Assembly (NCBI GenBank): GCA_965223905.1
Contig: CBDCXV010000010.1
Coordinates: forward strand, 992,001-1,056,000
From: Candidatus Latescibacterota bacterium
Lineage (GTDB): Bacteria; Latescibacterota; UBA2968; UBA8231
Length of the DNA stretch: 64,000 nucleotides
Direction: 5' to 3'
Of this stretch, positions 60,501 through 64,000 are shown one piece after another (positions within the stretch are counted from its first letter, which is position 1; each line of letters starts with the position of its first letter). The position numbers and the translations under genes were made by a program. The notes beneath the pieces are model-generated. The model saw only the letters and a program-made list of their open reading frames with translations. It was not told where the DNA came from and made no database searches.

Positions 60501-61053
60501 CCCAGCGCAGGGCCCCCATCTCACCGAGGTCCACCGTCTCCTTGGTGGTGCGCGCCTGGTAGGTGTTCTCCATCAGCAGGGTGACGTTGTCCTCGTAGTT
60601 CCGGGTGGCCCAGTCGCGGGCGAAACGCATTTCGAAATCCCTCGAAACCAGGCCCTTCTCGTCGTTCCACAGCAGCAGCACCTTGGCGAAGAAGCAGGCG
60701 CGGAAGGCGTCGAGGGCTTCGCGATACTTCCCTTCCTCGTACAGCTCGACGACCGCGGCCTTGCGCTTGTCGAGGCGCCGCGTAACCGGCAGGGGGCTGC
60801 TGCGCCGCTGCTCCCGGTCCCAGAGCGCGAACAGCCGGTGGGCGAGCTGCTCCGCCTGGTCGGGGGAGTGGCGCCGCGCGAACGCCTCCCTGCGCGCCCC
60901 GGCGTCCTCGGGAGGCGGCAGCCGCGTCACCGGGGCATCGAGATGAACCGTCATCATCTCGAGGTAGGTATTGCCGCCGGCGTTCGACGGTAGGGCGGCG
61001 ATTGCGGAGAGCGCGACAGCGAGCAGGAAGCGGCAGCGGAAGAATGGCGTCAT
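57571..61053 (-). CDS. Large secreted protein: heparinase II/III-like, FN3-associated and PA14-like domains
   Basis: Signal peptide; SISFPY..IMRSGW..NSLTLSAF..VDGQDQ; IRYTTDGSDPT..VTLKARAF; GLEYSYYE..RYEGFF..GIYT..KGYHPI. Confidence 0.7.
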   Translation of the reverse strand: MTPFFRCRFLLAVALSAIAALPSNAGGNTYLEMMTVHLDAPVTRLPPPEDAGARREAFARRHSPDQAEQLAHRLFALWDREQRRSSPLPVTRRLDKRKAAVVELYEEGKYREALDAFRACFFAKVLLLWNDEKGLVSRDFEMRFARDWATRNYEDNVTLLMENTYQARTTKETVDLGEMGALRWDWQPEGLQNPWYTPLVFEYFASEHNFRTLWWKFVDTGDRRYLDKYLEYYDDYTMNCRVQENLNPLNLDYGKQGHGNCEHFIHALSEIARVLPPGGEGFPSTTLARILVRQLTVLLPQSLYYNREQSGNHSCGAVHVQQFLSYFFYDFRIARLLENESRRQFEIYNALVDLPDGSMYGRMAGYSRHELTENSVYLDRIREADPEWLTPSRELEYEDRLAERVFWYLNLFEAGGEVLNGVSTDRRNAGFSTRVNLVARFQPRALMDPSLQAVAATILRNQTAPDWRGITWTDADNPLLKGGLFASGPPPYTSISFPYNHISIMRSGWDARQDQAGLFLHSSGRGLDGGLFLRAKNCNSLTLSAFDQTLLVQGIPYAYHYVRSPIQVDGQDQFARAGITGHGRKGEHQPGLAPLSPWRTHHSAAFDLAEGKYDGMYSDSPDHEPMLYHYDVNLQILAGALEGEISHHRVVQFAKEQGVWFLLDIMEADRAQSYRQQWWMPKLTEKDPEGYEKEWVSADPGRGMFHSHAGEKPNLSMYHAGPVLLETGEKQALSYNPVKTYTLQEEWYKGYRADRRPGGEFLHLAADWESGPGRSQLITVIHPRRQGQSEKELRVERSRSGRGVSVVLENGDRIDFVADGLESSLTVRKAGEETERGLVLGEAESYEFARDGHAEERFPILRAIGELAIGPDISAFAEEVTVTIACPDENVDIRYTTDGSDPTLASDLYTGGFTFSESVTLKARAFRNWLTEMPANRAGNTLTSRVYRAVYVRESPHEPLPDSLAAGLEPGLEYSYYEDKWPKLLFGAPLTEAAKTGTVASAFDTSPLSGREKQAFAFRYEGFFRAPEEGIYTLFAPEEFIRYAPLAGYDLDVRLGYENRWEGGSKAAVGPGSPLQQWYPGTRRHALGNWSIYLRKGYHPIEIYFADIRPGGYLEYMQFEYDGVNVPGLIERYWTGEVPELEIAGPEIERQPIMAELLYH

Positions 61054-61536
61054 GGCAGGGATTCCTGTGGTAACGGGAGGCTGTGCAGGGCCGTCGGGAA
61101 TCTCGAGGACCGCGTTTGGCGGTCGAAGTGACCGGGCGAAGGTACTGTAGAGGGAAACCGCCTTCGAGGCGATAACTCGCATCGCGCCGCGGGTGTGCGG
61201 TCCGCTGCTCTGTTCATCGGACAACCTCCGGCCATCTCACCGCGAACCTTCGCCAAGCCGGGCTTCCATGCCGACCGTAGACCTCTACGGAGCCTTTTTC
61301 GGCAGGCTTGACTGCTCCAAGGACCGCCGGCCTGTGCAGGCGCCACGATCGGCTGCTCATCGCCGATGGGGTGGCCGGTTCCCTGCTCTCCGCGACGGAA
61401 CGAACCTCTTCGCAGCCGCGGTTTCCGCAGGTACTGCGGTCCCATCGGTCCGCAAAACCAGCCCCATCCGGGTTTGACGGCTCGCCACGGTGCCCGATAT
61501 TTCACCATTCTGTCACACGCCGCGACACCCCCCTCC

Positions 61537-62970
61537 ATGGCCGTCACCTCGACCGAGTCATCCCCCAAGGCGATCTGTCTGCGCATCAACGAAAGCTCTC
61601 CGCGCGGGGGGCTTTTCGAGGGCGACCGGTCGAAGCTCCATCCCGACAGCAGGCTGCCGTGGCGTATCTCGCCGGAGCCGTTCTGGCTCACCCGCGGCCA
61701 GCACGAGTTTCTCGAGTCCCTCGGCCCCCAGCTCCTGAAGTTTCAGAAAGCCTGCAACCTGCTGTATCACCAGAGCGTCAAGGGGCTGCAGCCGTCCTGG
61801 CTGCACCGCTACCTCGACCGCGGCAAGCCGGAGCGCGTCGTCGACTTCGGCCGCATGAACCGTTCGCGAACGCAGCTGCCTGTCGTCATCCGCCCGGACC
61901 TCGTCCTCACTGCGGACGGGGTGCGCATAACCGAACTCGACTCCGTTCCCGGCGGAATCGGCTTCACCGGGCAGATCCACGCCCTCTACGCCGGGGAAGG
62001 GTACAATCTCATCGGCGGCCCCGACGGTCTGATCGAGGGATTCTACGAGGCGGTCGCGGCGATGTCGGAACGGGAGGATCCCACCATCGCCGTCGTCGTG
62101 TCGGACGAGTCGGAGGAGTACCGCGAGGAGATGTGCTTTCTCGCCGAGTTCCTGGAGCGCTCCGGCAGGCCGGTGTACTGCTGCCATCCGAGGGAGCTTT
62201 CCGTCGACGACGAGGGGCTGCTGCTCCCCCGTGACGGCGGCGACCGCCGCATCGACGTCATCTACCGGTTTTTCGAGCTGTTCGACCTGCCCAACATCCC
62301 CAAGGCCGAGTTGATCACCTATCACGGCAAGAAGAACGCCGTGCGCATCACTCCGCCCCTGAAGGCCTTCCTCGAAGAGAAGATGTGGATGGCCTTCCTC
62401 CACTATCCCGGCCTCGAGGGGTTCTGGACCCGCGAGCTCGGGGGCGGCGACCACGACACCCTGCGCGAGCTGGTTCCGCGCACCTGGATACTCGACCCGG
62501 CGCCGGTACCTCCGCACGCCTCCGTCTCCGGCATGCAGATCGGGGGCCGCCAGGTCGGCAGCTGGGAGGAGTTGAAGTCGCTGACGAAGAAGGAGCGCGA
62601 GCTGGTCGTGAAACCATCCGGGTTTTCCCCCGACGCCTACGGCAGCCGCGGCGTTTCCATCGGTCACGACCTGCCCGAGGAGGAGTGGTCGGCAGCGGTG
62701 GCCGCGGCGCTCGATCGTTTCGATACGAACCCGTGCATCCTGCAGGAGTTCCACAAGGGGGGGCGGCTCGAGGCGAGCTACTACGACTTCTCAGCCGGCG
62801 AGATCCGCCGCATGCACGGCCGCGTGCTGCTGCGCCCCTACTACTTCGTCACGGGCGTCGAGGAGACGAAGCTGGCCGGCATCCAGGCCCTGGTCTGTCC
62901 CGCCGACAAGAAGGTCCTGCACGGCATGGTCGACGCGGTGCTGGTGCCGTGCGCCGTGCGCGAGGGCTAG
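61537..62970 (+). CDS. Glutathionylspermidine-synthase-like / circularly permuted ATP-grasp protein
   Basis: IRPDLVL..ITELDSVPGG, VIYRFFE, LVVKPSG..GSRGV, ILQEF. Confidence 0.7.
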   Translation: MAVTSTESSPKAICLRINESSPRGGLFEGDRSKLHPDSRLPWRISPEPFWLTRGQHEFLESLGPQLLKFQKACNLLYHQSVKGLQPSWLHRYLDRGKPERVVDFGRMNRSRTQLPVVIRPDLVLTADGVRITELDSVPGGIGFTGQIHALYAGEGYNLIGGPDGLIEGFYEAVAAMSEREDPTIAVVVSDESEEYREEMCFLAEFLERSGRPVYCCHPRELSVDDEGLLLPRDGGDRRIDVIYRFFELFDLPNIPKAELITYHGKKNAVRITPPLKAFLEEKMWMAFLHYPGLEGFWTRELGGGDHDTLRELVPRTWILDPAPVPPHASVSGMQIGGRQVGSWEELKSLTKKERELVVKPSGFSPDAYGSRGVSIGHDLPEEEWSAAVAAALDRFDTNPCILQEFHKGGRLEASYYDFSAGEIRRMHGRVLLRPYYFVTGVEETKLAGIQALVCPADKKVLHGMVDAVLVPCAVREG

Positions 62971-63082
62971 CCGTGGAAGTCCACACGGGCCCGCATCGCC
63001 GCCGGTCGCATTGCCCGTCCGCGGCGGCAAGGCGACCTTTCACACCTTGCACAGCCACCGCCGACGATCGGCTGCTTCCGAC

Positions 63083-64000
63083 ATGATCGAGATAGAAAAC
63101 GCCCGCACCATCGAGCAGAAGCAGGAGGCGCTGGAAGCCGTTCTGCGGCCCCTCGGCCGGGTGCTGGTCGGCTATTCCGGCGGCGTCGACAGCGCCGTTC
63201 TCGCCGTCGCCGCGCACCGCGTCCTGGGCGAGAACGCCATCGCGGTGACCGCCGATTCCGAGAGCTACGCCAGCGGAGAGCTCGAGGCCGCCAGCGAGCT
63301 GATGCGCGACCTCGGCATCCGTCACGAGGTGGTGCGCACCGGCGAGCTGCAGAACCCCGACTACGCGAGCAACCCGGTCAACCGCTGCTACTTCTGCAAG
63401 CAGGAGCTCTTCATCCACATGCGGCGCATGGCCGCAGAGCTCGAGGCCGACGCCATTCTCTACGGGCAGAACAGGGACGACGTCGGCGACTTCCGCCCCG
63501 GCGCGCAGGCGGCCCGGGAGTACGGAGTGCGGGCCCCCCTGCAGGAGGCGGGCCTCGGCAAGCAGGACGTCCGCGACCTCGCCAGGGCCTGGGGGCTGCC
63601 GGTCTGGAACCGGCCGGCCATGGCCTGCCTTTCCTCCCGCTTTCCCTACGGCACCCCGGTAACCGCGGAGGGACTGCGCATGGTCGACCGCGCCGAGGCC
63701 TTTCTGCGCGGGCTCGGTTTCGAGCAGCTGCGGGTGCGCCACCACACCGACGTCGCCCGCATCGAGCTGCCCGCGGCCGACCTCGACCGGCTGCTCGCCG
63801 ACGCACAGCTGCGCGGCAGGATTCATGGTTCCCTCACCGGGATCGGCTACCGGTTCGCCGCGGCGGACCTGCGCGGCTTCCGCTCCGGCAGCCTCAACGA
63901 GGTGTTGAAGAAGAAGCCGAACGACCCCGCTGACGGAGAAGGCGGCCTGGCCGAAGCGGCGCAAACGGTCCTGGCGCAGGCCGGTATCGAGGCGGGGCAG
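63083..64000 (+). CDS. larE: ATP-dependent sacrificial sulfur transferase LarE (partial at right edge)
   Basis: PP-loop YSGGVDS, NRCYFCK, DFRPG, ACLSSRFPYG, QLRVRHH, GFRSGSLN. Confidence 0.92.
   Translation, partial: MIEIENARTIEQKQEALEAVLRPLGRVLVGYSGGVDSAVLAVAAHRVLGENAIAVTADSESYASGELEAASELMRDLGIRHEVVRTGELQNPDYASNPVNRCYFCKQELFIHMRRMAAELEADAILYGQNRDDVGDFRPGAQAAREYGVRAPLQEAGLGKQDVRDLARAWGLPVWNRPAMACLSSRFPYGTPVTAEGLRMVDRAEAFLRGLGFEQLRVRHHTDVARIELPAADLDRLLADAQLRGRIHGSLTGIGYRFAAADLRGFRSGSLNEVLKKKPNDPADGEGGLAEAAQTVLAQAGIEAGQ

Overview
GC-rich bacterial window. The gene content (FlgD/T9SS-like C-terminal secreted proteins, a WD40 surface protein, two PhyH dioxygenases, glycoside hydrolases) resembles FCB-group or Latescibacterota-like host-associated bacteria; this taxonomy is inference only. 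From left to right: (1) a minus-strand envelope operon (PPIase lipoprotein, 1086-aa FlgD-tail protein, large Asp-rich exported protein running off the left edge); (2) a dense insertion-sequence pile-up at 7.7-22.3 kb (IS256, IS1380, IS1182-like, IS66, IS4, IS481 x2, IS3, ISL3) that preserves direct evidence of an IS481-bounded inversion, namely a 9-bp target duplication split into inverted orientation; (3) accessory and catabolic genes (CocE/NonD hydrolase, HIT, methyltransferases, GH32, GH51, Gfo/Idh/MocA, enolase-superfamily enzyme, PhyH); (4) an extended ECF sigma with transglutaminase-like and GNAT genes; (5) a second IS cluster (ISKra4-like, IS110, IS3); (6) an ECF sigma/anti-sigma locus; (7) a tandemly duplicated YtrA-ABC operon; (8) the Pnkp-Hen1 RNA repair pair, divergent from a HicAB toxin-antitoxin module across a shared 51-bp control region; (9) a WD40 protein with near-identical repeats; (10) a heparinase-like/PA14 protein, an ATP-grasp-like ligase and larE. 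No rRNA, tRNA or CRISPR array was seen. Several single-base frameshifts may be long-read errors. All family assignments come from motif recognition by eye, not from database searches.
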